64,000 nucleotides of DNA from Patescibacteria group bacterium (GCA_018969615.1 JAGWYA010000003.1:15038-79037), one strand, 5' to 3'. Counted from the stretch's first letter, positions 27,310 through 38,993 are shown. Notes: generated by a model not told the origin, from the letters alone. Translations and numbers: made by a program.

Positions 27310-29283
27310 CTAGCGGATCTCCGCGTCAAATTTATCCTCGATGGCAGACCGCAATTTCGCCATCTCCCGGTCGGCATCGGCGTCCGTCAACGTCCGATCA
27401 TCGGCGCGGAATACGATCCGCAGCGTAATGCTCTTTTTCCCGTCGCCGAGCTTCTCGTCTTCATACCAATCAACCAGGTCCACATCTTCAACAAGAGCCG
27501 TATCCGCCGCCTGCATAAATGCGATGATCTCGCCGACGCGGGCGCTCTGATCGATCAGCAAAGAAAGATCGCGGACGATGGCGGGATATTTCGCCAGCGG
27601 CTCGTATTCACGTTCACCGTCCACTTCTTCAAGAAGCGCTTCAACATCAACCTCAAGGATCGCTCCGGCAATATCGCGCAATGAACCCAGATATCCGATC
27701 GCACGGCCGTCGATCTCGATCTGCAGCGCCTCATCAGCGCGCATAAGATCGCATCGGTGCGCAAGCGGCACTAGCGATACATCGGTCATGCCCAAGCGCC
27801 GGAAAAGCATATCGGCGACTCCCTTTAATTCCAAAACGCTGTTCGGGGCCGCGATCGCGATCCCAAGAACGGTCTCTTCCGAGACTGACGCTTCACGCTG
27901 CTGGAAAACATGGCCGATCTCAAAGACCCGCACGTCGGGAAAAAACCGCTTGTTCTCTTTCAAATTCTTGAAAAGTCCCTGCCAGAGACTGTCGCGCAGA
28001 ACCGCCGTCTCCGCACTCATCGGATTCGCAAGCCGGACCGGTTTGCCGGCGGCCGCGCGGATCATCTCCGGAGCCAAGCCGCAGTCCCGTTCGGAAACCA
28101 GAGAATAGTTATAGGTTTCCGTATACCCGACGCCGGTCAAAAGATCGCGAAGCTGGTCTTTGACCGTCACTAATTCCTGTGCGGTCGCGGCTCCCAGCGC
28201 AATATGCGGAGGCTGCGCCCGCAACTGCTCATATCCGGTAAAACGGATGATCTCTTCGGCCACATCCTCGATATCCTCAAGGTCCGTCCGCAGCAGTGGC
28301 ACTTCAAGTTTTTTCCCGCGGACCGTAAAACCAAGCGCGGTCAAAAGACGCACTGCAGCGGTCTTCCGGACCGGCACGCCGATGATCGCTTCGATCTTTT
28401 TGAGATCAAAAAGAATGCTTTCTTTCGTCTGTTTCTTCGGATAGACATCGATCGGCGGATGAACCTGCGCCTGGGCGACTTCCTGGAGCAGCATAAGCGC
28501 CCGCTTCATCCCCCGCGCCGCAAGCTCAGCGCTTAGCGCGTGGGAAAAGCGGATCGAAGCATCGGTGCGAAGTCCTAATTTGCGGGACGTTGCATAGATC
28601 TCCGCGCTGCGGAACGATGCGGACTCGATCAGTAAACGCGTGGTCGCGGCGGTCACTTCGCTCGCTTTGCCGCCTTTAATACCTGCGATCGCAAGCGGCG
28701 CATCGGCATCGGCGATGACCAGAACGCTTGGATCAAGCGCGAATCTCTGTCCGTCGATCGTCTCGATCGATTCTCCCTGCTTCGCATTCCGGACGACCAA
28801 GCCTCCCCGCACTTTATCCGCATCGAACGCATGGAGCGGCTGCCCCACTTCGAGCATCACGTAGTTCATCACATCCACGACGTTATTAATGGAGCGCAAA
28901 CCGCATGCCTCCAGTGCGTCACGCAACCATCGCGGCGACGGACCGATATGGATCCCATCAACGTAGGCAGCCTGGTATCGGGCGCAGGAACGGGCGTTCT
29001 TCACATTCACCCGGAACACACCGCGGTCTTTATGGGCGAACCGAAGCGCGCCTGCGACCGGATCCTTATAAACACCCCCCATAATGATCGCCGCCTCCCG
29101 AGCGATCCCGGCATGCGAGCTCGCATCGGAGAACCGGTTCGGCGTGACCGAAATATCCAGCACATCGCCGCCGATATCAACGGCCTCGAACGCATGAAAA
29201 TTCAAACCCTTTACGAGGTCCTGCTTCGTGTAATTTCCCGGTGCGAATTTTTTGATCAATGCAAAGCTGAATTTCATAGACAT
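27310..29283 (-). CDS. pheT: Phenylalanyl-tRNA synthetase beta subunit (short form, no N-terminal OB/tRNA-binding domain)
   Basis: MSMKFSFALIKKFAPG... B3/4 and B5 domain motifs; 657 aa. Confidence 0.85.
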   Translation of the reverse strand: MSMKFSFALIKKFAPGNYTKQDLVKGLNFHAFEAVDIGGDVLDISVTPNRFSDASSHAGIAREAAIIMGGVYKDPVAGALRFAHKDRGVFRVNVKNARSCARYQAAYVDGIHIGPSPRWLRDALEACGLRSINNVVDVMNYVMLEVGQPLHAFDADKVRGGLVVRNAKQGESIETIDGQRFALDPSVLVIADADAPLAIAGIKGGKASEVTAATTRLLIESASFRSAEIYATSRKLGLRTDASIRFSHALSAELAARGMKRALMLLQEVAQAQVHPPIDVYPKKQTKESILFDLKKIEAIIGVPVRKTAAVRLLTALGFTVRGKKLEVPLLRTDLEDIEDVAEEIIRFTGYEQLRAQPPHIALGAATAQELVTVKDQLRDLLTGVGYTETYNYSLVSERDCGLAPEMIRAAAGKPVRLANPMSAETAVLRDSLWQGLFKNLKENKRFFPDVRVFEIGHVFQQREASVSEETVLGIAIAAPNSVLELKGVADMLFRRLGMTDVSLVPLAHRCDLMRADEALQIEIDGRAIGYLGSLRDIAGAILEVDVEALLEEVDGEREYEPLAKYPAIVRDLSLLIDQSARVGEIIAFMQAADTALVEDVDLVDWYEDEKLGDGKKSITLRIVFRADDRTLTDADADREMAKLRSAIEDKFDAEIR

Positions 29284-29702
29284 TATTTTTCTCCTTTTCT
29301 CGAGGCTCTACCAAAAATAGCGGTTACTCGATTTGAAGCAAAATCTAAAAAGTCATTTCGCGCTTTTTGCTCTTCTCGTTCGCCCTCAGAAGTCATGGCA
29401 TCAACTTTTCTTCGACACGCCCTAATGGCAGCAGTGCATTCTTGAAATGCCTCCATCGTATCGGCATGCATGATCGCATTTAAAATCCGAGCCTCTTCGA
29501 TATTAATAAGATCAGGCTGCATTCTTTTCAGTGCATAGGCATAGTGCATTTCGGGAGTCTCTGGATAAGGAGCTCCTTCTGCGTCTGCTTTTTTGATGAT
29601 TTCTTGAAGTCTTATGATCTCCGCGCGCGCAGCCTCAATAAGCTTCGCCTCCTGTTCGGCTGCGGACGCTTTTTCCGGATGATTTTTTTCAGGATGTTCC
29701 AT
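29283..29702 (-). CDS. Hypothetical protein (139 aa) inserted between pheS and pheT, translationally coupled to both
   Basis: 2-nt gap to pheS stop, 1-nt overlap with pheT start. Confidence 0.5.
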   Translation of the reverse strand: MEHPEKNHPEKASAAEQEAKLIEAARAEIIRLQEIIKKADAEGAPYPETPEMHYAYALKRMQPDLINIEEARILNAIMHADTMEAFQECTAAIRACRRKVDAMTSEGEREEQKARNDFLDFASNRVTAIFGRASRKGEK

Positions 29703-29704
29703 AA

Positions 29705-30769
29705 TTAGAATTGCTTAATGAACCGGAGATCGCCGGAATAGAACAGGCGGATATCGGGAATATTGTATTTGATCATCGCGATGCGCTCCAAACCGAGCCC
29801 GAACGCAAAGCCCTGCAGCTCGCGCGGATTATAGCCCGCCGCCTCGAACACATGAGGATGCACCATGCCCGCGCCCATCACCTCCAGCCATCCCGATTCC
29901 TTGCACAGCGTGCAGGCTCCGCCGTCGCGCAAACGCCCCTTCCCGCCGCACTTCACGCAGGCGACGTCAACCTCAAGCCCCGGTTCTACGAACGGAAAAT
30001 AGCTCGGCCGCAAACGGATCGCGATATCCTTTTTGAACAGCCGCTTAAAGAACTCGGTGATCACAAATTTGAAATTCGCGAGGCTCACATCCTTCCCTAC
30101 CATCAGGCCCTCCACCTGATAGAAGTTAACCTCATGAGAGGCATCGGTCGCCTCATACCGAAACACCCGGCCGGGAACGATGATCTGGAAGGGCGGCTTA
30201 TGCTGTTCCATATAGCGGATCTGGACCGGCGATGTATGCGTGCGCAGCAACAGTCGTTCCGCGCGCTTTGTTTGATGTTCTTTGCTGTTTGTTTTGAGCC
30301 AGAACGTATCCCACATGTCGCGCGCCGGATGGTCTTTCGGAATGTTCAGTGCATCGAAATTATAGTGCTCGGATTCCACTTCCGGACCTTCAACGACCGA
30401 AAAGTTCATTGCTAAAAAGATCTCGCGGATCTCGCGTTCCACCCGTGTGAGCGGATGCAAATGTCCGACCGGAATTTTTTTCCCCGGCATCGTCACGTCG
30501 ATCGCTCGTTTTTTCTTTGCACCGGAAAGACGCTCGAGCGTTTCCGAGAACAACGCCTCGGCGTCACGCTTCAGCGTATTCAACGCAGGACCCATCGTCC
30601 GGCGCTCCTCTACGGACATCTGAGGAAGCTGCTTCACAAGCTTCGTAACCTCGCCGTCCTTACGCCCCAAATACCTGACCCTGAGCGCCTCCAGCGCCTG
30701 CGCATCCTTTGCGGCCGAAAGCTGCTCGGAGATCTCTTGATATAATTGCGTGATATCGGTTTTTTTCAT
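29705..30769 (-). CDS. pheS: Phenylalanyl-tRNA synthetase alpha subunit
   Basis: Class II motifs (FRYEATDASHEVNFYQVEGL, YFPFVEPGLEVDV). Confidence 0.9.
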   Translation of the reverse strand: MKKTDITQLYQEISEQLSAAKDAQALEALRVRYLGRKDGEVTKLVKQLPQMSVEERRTMGPALNTLKRDAEALFSETLERLSGAKKKRAIDVTMPGKKIPVGHLHPLTRVEREIREIFLAMNFSVVEGPEVESEHYNFDALNIPKDHPARDMWDTFWLKTNSKEHQTKRAERLLLRTHTSPVQIRYMEQHKPPFQIIVPGRVFRYEATDASHEVNFYQVEGLMVGKDVSLANFKFVITEFFKRLFKKDIAIRLRPSYFPFVEPGLEVDVACVKCGGKGRLRDGGACTLCKESGWLEVMGAGMVHPHVFEAAGYNPRELQGFAFGLGLERIAMIKYNIPDIRLFYSGDLRFIKQF

Positions 30770-30775
30770 GATACT

Positions 30776-31393
30776 TTATAAAATAGAAATGGCCACTTGA
30801 TATGATCGGGCGGCGCCCGAATCCGGAGTGAGTATAAAATTCAGGACATACGCCCCCTGCTGCGCCCAGGCATGCGAGACGATCTTCGTCTCCCCTTTTG
30901 CGACCTCGCCGGTTCCGGTAGTTCCATCTTTCCAATCAACGGTATAGGTCATCGGTCCGCCGTTCGTGTTATCGATCGTAAAATACACTTGCACCCCCGG
31001 CTGCTGAGCGACGACGATCGGCGTTGCTCCCGACTGATCCGATCCGCCGCTTGCCGACAATGAAGTTGCGCCGATGTCGGAGGCAAGCGCATTAAGCTTA
31101 GCATCAACGGTCGTCTTTACGGCAGTGACCGCCTGGGTCTTTGCCGCCGAAACCGTGCTTTGCACGAACGCATTGACCTGGTCAGTGACGGCATTGGTAA
31201 TAGCGCTCAATTGAGTACCGACCGTACTCCGCACCGAATCGTTCACTTGGGAAACCCCCTGCTGAAGGGTTATTTGCTGGGACGGTGAAAGGAACGGGGC
31301 CGTATAGGCCCAGACGCTCTTTTGGCTCAGTAAAAACCATCCTACGCCAAGTAACAATCCGACTACCGCGATCTTTCCAAGGTGCTTCGTCAT
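30776..31393 (-). CDS. Hypothetical secreted/membrane-anchored protein with Ala/Thr/Val-rich repeats and C-terminal beta domain
   Basis: N-terminal TM/signal KIAVVGLLLGVGWFLL; low-complexity middle. Confidence 0.45.
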   Translation of the reverse strand: MTKHLGKIAVVGLLLGVGWFLLSQKSVWAYTAPFLSPSQQITLQQGVSQVNDSVRSTVGTQLSAITNAVTDQVNAFVQSTVSAAKTQAVTAVKTTVDAKLNALASDIGATSLSASGGSDQSGATPIVVAQQPGVQVYFTIDNTNGGPMTYTVDWKDGTTGTGEVAKGETKIVSHAWAQQGAYVLNFILTPDSGAARSYQVAISIL

Positions 31394-31438
31394 AGCTGTA
31401 TCCCCTTTAGTATACGAAATAAACAGCTCTGCTTCAAT

Positions 31439-32242
31439 TTAAAGCTTAAGCGTTACGCTTACCGGACAATGATCGGACCCCGTGATATTCGCATGGATAT
31501 CCGCCGCGATGATCTTCTTTTTTAACTTTTCCGAAGCGAGAAAATAATCAATGCGCCATCCGACATTCCTCGCGCGGGCGTTCGCCCAATGCGACCACCA
31601 GGTATAATGGCCGTTCCCCTTATGGAACAGGCGGAAGGTATCCAAAAAACCGGCATCCAAGAACCGCTGGAACCCTTGCCGCTCTTCGGCAGTGTATCCG
31701 TGCTCCCCTTCGTTCTCTTTCGGGTTCGCAAGATCATCCGGCCCATACGCCACATTCAGATCACCGCAAAAAAGCACCGGCTTCTTCTTTTCCAATTGCT
31801 TGCAGTACATAAGGAACGCCGGATCCCACCGTTTCTCCCGGAGCGGCAACCGGCTCAAGTCGCCCTTCGCATTCGGCGTATAGACCGTCACCAGGAAAAG
31901 ATCCTTGAATTCAGCCGTCAGCACTCTTCCTTCTTTCGTCGAATCGCCGTACTGATCATTGGCAAGCTTATATTTTTTTATGATCGCGGCAGGCAGACCG
32001 TTCATAATGCTCAGTGGTTTGATCTTCGTAAAGATCGCAACGCCTGAATACCCCTTCCGGTCGGCCGAGTTCCAATACTCCTCATACTCCGGCAGATCGA
32101 CCTCGGACTGGTGCTGCATCGCCTTCGTTTCCTGGAGGCACACGATATCCGGCTTTTCCTTTTTGATAAAAGAATCGAAAAGCCCCTTGTTATGCACGGC
32201 ACGGAGCCCGTTCACATTCCACGAATATATTTTGAGATTCAT
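31439..32242 (-). CDS. xth: Exodeoxyribonuclease III / AP endonuclease
   Basis: MNLKIYSWNVNGLRA, CLQETK, GDLNVAY, SDHCPV EEP-family motifs. Confidence 0.88.
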   Translation of the reverse strand: MNLKIYSWNVNGLRAVHNKGLFDSFIKKEKPDIVCLQETKAMQHQSEVDLPEYEEYWNSADRKGYSGVAIFTKIKPLSIMNGLPAAIIKKYKLANDQYGDSTKEGRVLTAEFKDLFLVTVYTPNAKGDLSRLPLREKRWDPAFLMYCKQLEKKKPVLFCGDLNVAYGPDDLANPKENEGEHGYTAEERQGFQRFLDAGFLDTFRLFHKGNGHYTWWSHWANARARNVGWRIDYFLASEKLKKKIIAADIHANITGSDHCPVSVTLKL

Positions 32243-32286
32243 AGATACATCGTATCACAAAAACACCCGCTATCCGGATGTTTTTG

Positions 32287-32506
32287 TTTTGTGCCTGTGG
32301 CAGGGAATCTCACTCGCGCTCGCTGGATCTCACTGACAAGACGCTCGCGCTCTTTGGAACCTGCCTGCCGGCAGGCAGGCCCGGCGGTTCCAACGCCCCG
32401 CAAAATGCGGGGCTGCCTCCGCTCCGGAGAAACTTCCGTTTCCCCGACCCCCTTCCCGTTCGATCCCAAACACAAAAATAAATACCCCGCTCTGCGGGAT
32501 ATTTAT
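32287..32506 (-). repeat. Copy R2 of tRNA-associated repeat element, bounded by a 20-bp duplication of the tRNA-Met 3' end (ttttgtgcctgtggcaggga at 32287-32306 and 32507-32526)
   Basis: Exact 20-mer direct repeat; internal sequence homologous to 780-905 (R1). Confidence 0.6.
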
Positions 32507-32511
32507 TTTTG

Positions 32512-32583
32512 TGCCTGTGGCAGGGATCGAACCTGCGACCTCGGCCTTATGAAGACCTCGCTCTACCACTGAGCTACACAGGC
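32512..32583 (-). tRNA. tRNA-Met (anticodon CAT; elongator or Ile2-lysidine type)
   Basis: Reverse complement GCCTGTGTAGCTCAGTGGTAGAGCGAGGTCTTCATAAGGCCGAGGTCGCAGGTTCGATCCCTGCCACAGGCA. Confidence 0.75.
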
Positions 32584-32597
32584 GTATTCATTTTTGT

Positions 32598-32668
32598 TGC
32601 GGGGGTGGGAGTCGAACCCACTACCTCAAGGTTATGAGCCTTGCGAGCAACCGGTACTCTTCCCCGCG
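32598..32668 (-). tRNA. tRNA-Met (CAT), probably initiator tRNA-fMet (5' CGCGGGG with C1:A72 mismatch)
   Basis: Reverse complement CGCGGGGAAGAGTACCGGTTGCTCGCAAGGCTCATAACCTTGAGGTAGTGGGTTCGACTCCCACCCCCGCA. Confidence 0.7.
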
Positions 32669-32708
32669 TGTCCATAATAGTATAAAAACATTGCCGGCGC
32701 AAGGAATA

Positions 32709-32738
32709 TTGACGCGAAGGTAAAAGATAACCTATGCT
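32709..32738 (+). promoter_or_regulatory. Promoter TTGACG-18-TATGCT with GGAG ribosome-binding site before the 32769 gene
   Basis: Seen in sequence. Confidence 0.45.
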
Positions 32739-32768
32739 CAGATCAGCATCTTTTCAAGCGGAGAGCTC

Positions 32769-33035
32769 ATGGGGCACCTTTACATTGCCGTATACGATAC
32801 GCTCGATCCGGTAACTGGAGAAAAAAAGTACTATCAGAATGCAGAGATCCTCGCGATGGACGATGACGAGGCCGAAAGGCTCGCCCTCGAGAAGATCGAT
32901 ATTTTTCTCAAGATCGAATCGGTCCTCCCCGGAAATCGGCTCATGTCGCCTCTACCGATCTTTCTCAGAAGCATGAAAGACCAAGAAACTCGGCGCTTCA
33001 TCTATCATCAATATGAACGGATATACGATCGATAA
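32769..33035 (+). CDS. Hypothetical protein (88 aa), own promoter, ribosome-binding site and terminator, between tRNA loci
   Basis: GGAGAGCTC-ATG; terminator hairpin 33042-33070. Confidence 0.5.
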   Translation: MGHLYIAVYDTLDPVTGEKKYYQNAEILAMDDDEAERLALEKIDIFLKIESVLPGNRLMSPLPIFLRSMKDQETRRFIYHQYERIYDR

Positions 33036-33072
33036 ATAAACAATGCCCCGCATAGGGCATTTTTCTTTTCTC

Positions 33073-33249
33073 ATTGCGCGGTGAATGGGATTTCTCCTCG
33101 CCCGTCGCTCGCAGCGCACCACGTGCAGGCTCGCTCCTCCTTCAGAGCCGGGGTTTCCAAAAACATAAAGCAGTTTATGTTTTTGGAATACCCTTCAAAT
33201 CCCTCACATTCATGAATTATAAAAGCAGAGCTTTAGCTCTGCTTTTATA
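33073..33249 (-). repeat. Copy R3 of tRNA-associated element bounded by 21-bp duplication of tRNA-Asp 3' end (attgcgcggtgaatgggattt at 33073-33093 and 33250-33270)
   Basis: Exact 21-mer direct repeat; interior shares GAGCGAGC/GCGAG..GAGAAATCCC tail motif with R2. Confidence 0.55.
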
Positions 33250-33253
33250 ATTG

Positions 33254-33327
33254 CGCGGTGAATGGGATTTGAACCCACGATCTCCTCCGTGACAGGGAGG
33301 CGCTTTAGGCCGCTAAGCTACCACCGC
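33254..33327 (-). tRNA. tRNA-Asp (anticodon GTC)
   Basis: Reverse complement GCGGTGGTAGCTTAGCGGCCTAAAGCGCCTCCCTGTCACGGAGGAGATCGTGGGTTCAAATCCCATTCACCGCG. Confidence 0.8.
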
Positions 33328-33397
33328 TTCTATTTCCGTTTTACTATATCAGACTCTTTGGAAAAAACAAATCCCTCGCAGTGCGAGGGATATCGGG

Positions 33398-33736
33398 TCA
33401 ATTCGGGTCGTAGAGACGCTTATTGGTACGCTCTCTTTCCAATGCCCAGTCTTCTCCGCAATAATGTTTGTTCCATGCAAACCGGAGAACATCTCCGCGC
33501 TCGTGGAAAAGCGATATCACTAGAACTACCTGCGTCACATCATACAACGACATCTCTTTTACAAAGTCCAGAGCTTCATCAAGCGCATCCTGTCCAGGTG
33601 ATACCTTTATTCGTTCATTCTCAAGATGAGCAGCGATCTTCTCGCACGCATCGATCATTTCTTCCTCACCGCGCGTCATCCGGCGGCGCGCTTGCCATGC
33701 CCGGTATTCATTCTCTGAACCCCTTTTTACGCGCAT
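33398..33736 (-). CDS. Hypothetical protein (112 aa)
   Basis: ORF only. Confidence 0.4.
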   Translation of the reverse strand: MRVKRGSENEYRAWQARRRMTRGEEEMIDACEKIAAHLENERIKVSPGQDALDEALDFVKEMSLYDVTQVVLVISLFHERGDVLRFAWNKHYCGEDWALERERTNKRLYDPN

Positions 33737-33798
33737 GAAACCTCCTTACAAAAACTATGTTCAGTCTATAAAAAAACCCGCGCCATCTCAAGCGCGGG

Positions 33799-34455
33799 TT
33801 ATTCCTCGTCGGGAGAAAGCAGGTTCAATTCCTTGAACGACTGCTCGTACACCCCGATCGCTTCCCGCGCTTCCGCCTCAGAAAGCTCGTAAGAAAGATC
33901 GCTCTGGACCTTCACGGCGATCGCATGAGCTCTCCGGACATCTTCGATATTCTTCAGTTGAGCATCGGTGAGATCGGCGAGGACGTCCTTCATCGAACCG
34001 ATATAGCCCGACATCTTCAAGATCTCATGCAGAATGCGGTCGGCGACCAGGATCGCCTTCTTCCATTCGTTCTGGTCCTGCGCTCGCATGCGCTTCTGGA
34101 TCTCCTTCCATGCGATCAGCGACCGGCGGCGCGAAACATGGTCCTTACCCAGCGTATCAAGGAATTGCTCGGTTTTCAGGTTCATATACTGCGTGTCATG
34201 CGAGATAGAAATGATCCCCCAAAGGAACAGCGCGGAAAGCAGGACGGCGACGACCTCGAGCCACCACAGATTCTCCGAGAACCACGGCGCAAAATAAGCC
34301 CTGATCCCCTCCAGGAACACGACCGGCTGGACGAACGGTTCAAGGATACCGCTGAAATAGGTCAGAATGACCAGCGCAAGACCGCCGAACACGATCAGCT
34401 CCAATGCCGAGTTATTACTTCCTCCTCCGCCGGGTTTTGGTTTTCTGTCAGCCAT
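33799..34455 (-). CDS. Hypothetical integral membrane protein (218 aa)
   Basis: Gly-rich N-terminus, 2-3 TM helices, charged C-terminal domain; terminator 33769-33798. Confidence 0.5.
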   Translation of the reverse strand: MADRKPKPGGGGSNNSALELIVFGGLALVILTYFSGILEPFVQPVVFLEGIRAYFAPWFSENLWWLEVVAVLLSALFLWGIISISHDTQYMNLKTEQFLDTLGKDHVSRRRSLIAWKEIQKRMRAQDQNEWKKAILVADRILHEILKMSGYIGSMKDVLADLTDAQLKNIEDVRRAHAIAVKVQSDLSYELSEAEAREAIGVYEQSFKELNLLSPDEE

Positions 34456-34464
34456 GTCTTTAGT

Positions 34465-35919
34465 TTACAACTTTTCGTAGTACTGTCCGAGCCCAAGGAT
34501 ATCCGCTTCGCCCCAATGCTTTCCGATGAGCTGGAATCCGACCGGAAGCGTCTTGCCGTCCACCGACAGTCCCCCTTTGACCGGAATGGAGATCGCCGGA
34601 AGTCCGGCAAGGTTCACCGGGATCGTGAAGATATCGGAAAGATACATGGACAGCGGATCGCTCATTTTTTCACCGATCTTGAACGCGGGAGTCGGCGTGA
34701 CCGGTGTCAGGATCACATCCACCTCTTTATACGCATTCGCAAAATCCTGTGCGATCAGCCGACGCACCTTCTGGGCTTTCGCATAATACGCGTCGTAATA
34801 TCCCGAAGAAAGCACGAACGTCCCGAGCAGAATACGGCGTTTCGATTCCGTACCAAACCCCGCTTCGCGGTCTTTCCGATACAGATCACTCAGTGATGCG
34901 GCGTGCTCGCGGGAGCCGTAACGGATCCCTTCGAAGCGTTCCAGGTTCGAACTGACCTCCGCCGGCATGACGATGTAATAACAGGACAATGCATATTTCG
35001 TATGCGGAAGACTGATGCGCTTTATCTCGACGCCGAGGCTTTTTATCGAAGCGATCGCTTCTTCCACTTTCTGCGCGATCTCCGGTGCAAGACCTTCGAT
35101 GAAATATTCATCGGGAATGCCGACGCGAAGCGACCGGACCCGCTCAAGGGTTGGATGTAAAAGCGCGTCCGCGATATCGTCGTTCGCCCGCGGCGACGAG
35201 GTCGCATCCATCGGATCATGACCCCGCAGCGCCTGATACATGATCGCCGCATCCTCAACGGTCTTCGTGAACGGACCGATCTGGTCCAGGCTGGATGCCA
35301 TCGCCATCAATCCGAAGCGCGATACGGATCCGTACGTCGGCTTCAATCCCACCGCACCGCAAAATGCCGCCGGTTGGCGGATCGATCCGCCGGTGTCGGA
35401 GCCAAGCGCAGCGACCGCCATATGTGCCGCGACCGCGGCTGCAGACCCTCCTGAAGAACCGCCGGGGACCCGGGTGGGGTCATGGGGATTCCTGGTCAGC
35501 TGGAACGCCGAGCTTTCAGTGGACGATCCCATCGCAAACTCATCCATATTCGTCCTGCCAAGAAATACCGATCCGGCTTTTTTAAGCTTTGCGATCACCG
35601 TCGCATCATACGCGGCGGTATAGTTCTCCAGGATCTTCGACGCCGCCGAAGCGCGCTCGCCTTCGATCAAGATATTATCCTTGATCGCAAGCGGAATTCC
35701 CGCCAGCATCCCCGCCGGCGTATCCTGCGCGATCGCAATGTCAGCGGCTTCCGCCTGGCGGACCGCCAGATCCTTATGCAAAGAAAGATACGCCCCCACT
35801 TCCGGATCGCGCTTTTCGATCCATGCAAAGAATGCCTGGGTCATTTCCAGCGATGAATACTCCTTGGCAAGGAGCCCGTCATGCATTTTTTTGATCGTCA
35901 GATCGTGGAGCGGATGCAT
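34465..35919 (-). CDS. gatA: Glutamyl-tRNA(Gln) amidotransferase subunit A
   Basis: Amidase signature GGSSGGSAAAVAA. Confidence 0.9.
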   Translation of the reverse strand: MHPLHDLTIKKMHDGLLAKEYSSLEMTQAFFAWIEKRDPEVGAYLSLHKDLAVRQAEAADIAIAQDTPAGMLAGIPLAIKDNILIEGERASAASKILENYTAAYDATVIAKLKKAGSVFLGRTNMDEFAMGSSTESSAFQLTRNPHDPTRVPGGSSGGSAAAVAAHMAVAALGSDTGGSIRQPAAFCGAVGLKPTYGSVSRFGLMAMASSLDQIGPFTKTVEDAAIMYQALRGHDPMDATSSPRANDDIADALLHPTLERVRSLRVGIPDEYFIEGLAPEIAQKVEEAIASIKSLGVEIKRISLPHTKYALSCYYIVMPAEVSSNLERFEGIRYGSREHAASLSDLYRKDREAGFGTESKRRILLGTFVLSSGYYDAYYAKAQKVRRLIAQDFANAYKEVDVILTPVTPTPAFKIGEKMSDPLSMYLSDIFTIPVNLAGLPAISIPVKGGLSVDGKTLPVGFQLIGKHWGEADILGLGQYYEKL

Positions 35920-35920
35920 A

Positions 35921-36202
35921 TTAGAGGATCGGAGGAACCTTTAAATACCCGTCGTGCTTTTCGGGAAAAGCAGCCGGACCTTTTCCGACCTGCTCAGGAA
36001 GGACCGACGCATCATCGCGAAGAGCGTTCCGGACATCGGTTCCGCCGGTCATCGGCGCCACCGTTTCAGTATCAAGAACCTGAAGCTCTTTGAAATATTC
36101 GAGGACCTCATCCAGGTCATGCTGGAGCTTCGCCTCTTCGCCCTCCTTCAGCTCGATCCGCGCAAGATCGGCGAGATGCTCCAGTTCTTTTTTCGTAAGC
36201 AT
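35921..36202 (-). CDS. gatC: Glutamyl-tRNA(Gln) amidotransferase subunit C
   Basis: 93 aa, LTKKELEHLADLARIEL..; directly upstream of gatA. Confidence 0.8.
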   Translation of the reverse strand: MLTKKELEHLADLARIELKEGEEAKLQHDLDEVLEYFKELQVLDTETVAPMTGGTDVRNALRDDASVLPEQVGKGPAAFPEKHDGYLKVPPIL

Positions 36203-36219
36203 ATGTATAGGATACAGGG

Positions 36220-38295
<2,076 letters not shown>

Positions 38296-38465
38296 TCAAA
38301 AGGGGGAAAAGACGCCGCTTCCCTTTATTATTGTTCCCGAGGGAGGAGTAACGCACGATTGTGGGCATGCCGTATCGCCGGCCGCGCAAATTAAAGGATG
38401 ACTTTGACCAGGAGGGCACGATCCAGGAGCTAGCCCGCTTGAGCCGCTACCCGTATTCGTTGAAC

Positions 38466-38948
38466 CTAGGGGGGGGTAGTTGTTGCCGGAACCTGGCGGC
38501 TGAAGGTCAGATCGAACGCACGGGCTGAATTATTGGAAAGTCCCTTCGATTGAATATCAACGGTCTGTGTCGTGCTCGCGGTCGACGACGTGCACGTCGT
38601 CGTAAACGTCGCATTGTTCGTCAATGCCGGCGCAGGACACGCACCGCCGGCTGGACAATCCTGGCATACCTCACCGTCTACTTTAAAGAACTTATACAGC
38701 CGCCACTCGATCCCCGCATCCGCCGCAAAAACAGCCTTGGTCGAATTAACCGTATCCGTCGTCTGCCGCACCTGGTTCAGCATCAAATAGCCGGCGATCG
38801 CGGTTGCGCCAAGAAGCGTTCCTGAGAGCGCCAAAACCGTGATCAGCATCACTTGTCCTGAGCGCTTCGGTTGTTCCTCAACATAAACCCGCCGAAGGAC
38901 TTGTCCTGATCGAGGACGAAAAATGTTCATAGTCTTATTATACGGCAA
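38466..38948 (-). CDS. PilX-like minor pilin / pilus-associated protein; gene ends in a C8 homopolymer (plus-strand G8 at 38469-38476)
   Basis: N-terminal RSGQVMLITVLALSGTLLGATAIAGYLML...AVFAADAGIE resembles PilX_N domain; Thr/Ser-rich C-terminus ending PATTTPP. Confidence 0.5.
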   Translation of the reverse strand: MPYNKTMNIFRPRSGQVLRRVYVEEQPKRSGQVMLITVLALSGTLLGATAIAGYLMLNQVRQTTDTVNSTKAVFAADAGIEWRLYKFFKVDGEVCQDCPAGGACPAPALTNNATFTTTCTSSTASTTQTVDIQSKGLSNNSARAFDLTFSRQVPATTTPP

Positions 38949-38959
38949 TTTTGACCAAT

Positions 38960-38993
38960 AAAAAACCGCCCCGATCAGACCTTGGGGCGGTTT
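38960..38993 (-). terminator. Intrinsic terminator (accgcccc..ggggcggt hairpin + T-run on minus strand) after 39008-39202 gene
   Basis: Seen in sequence. Confidence 0.6.
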
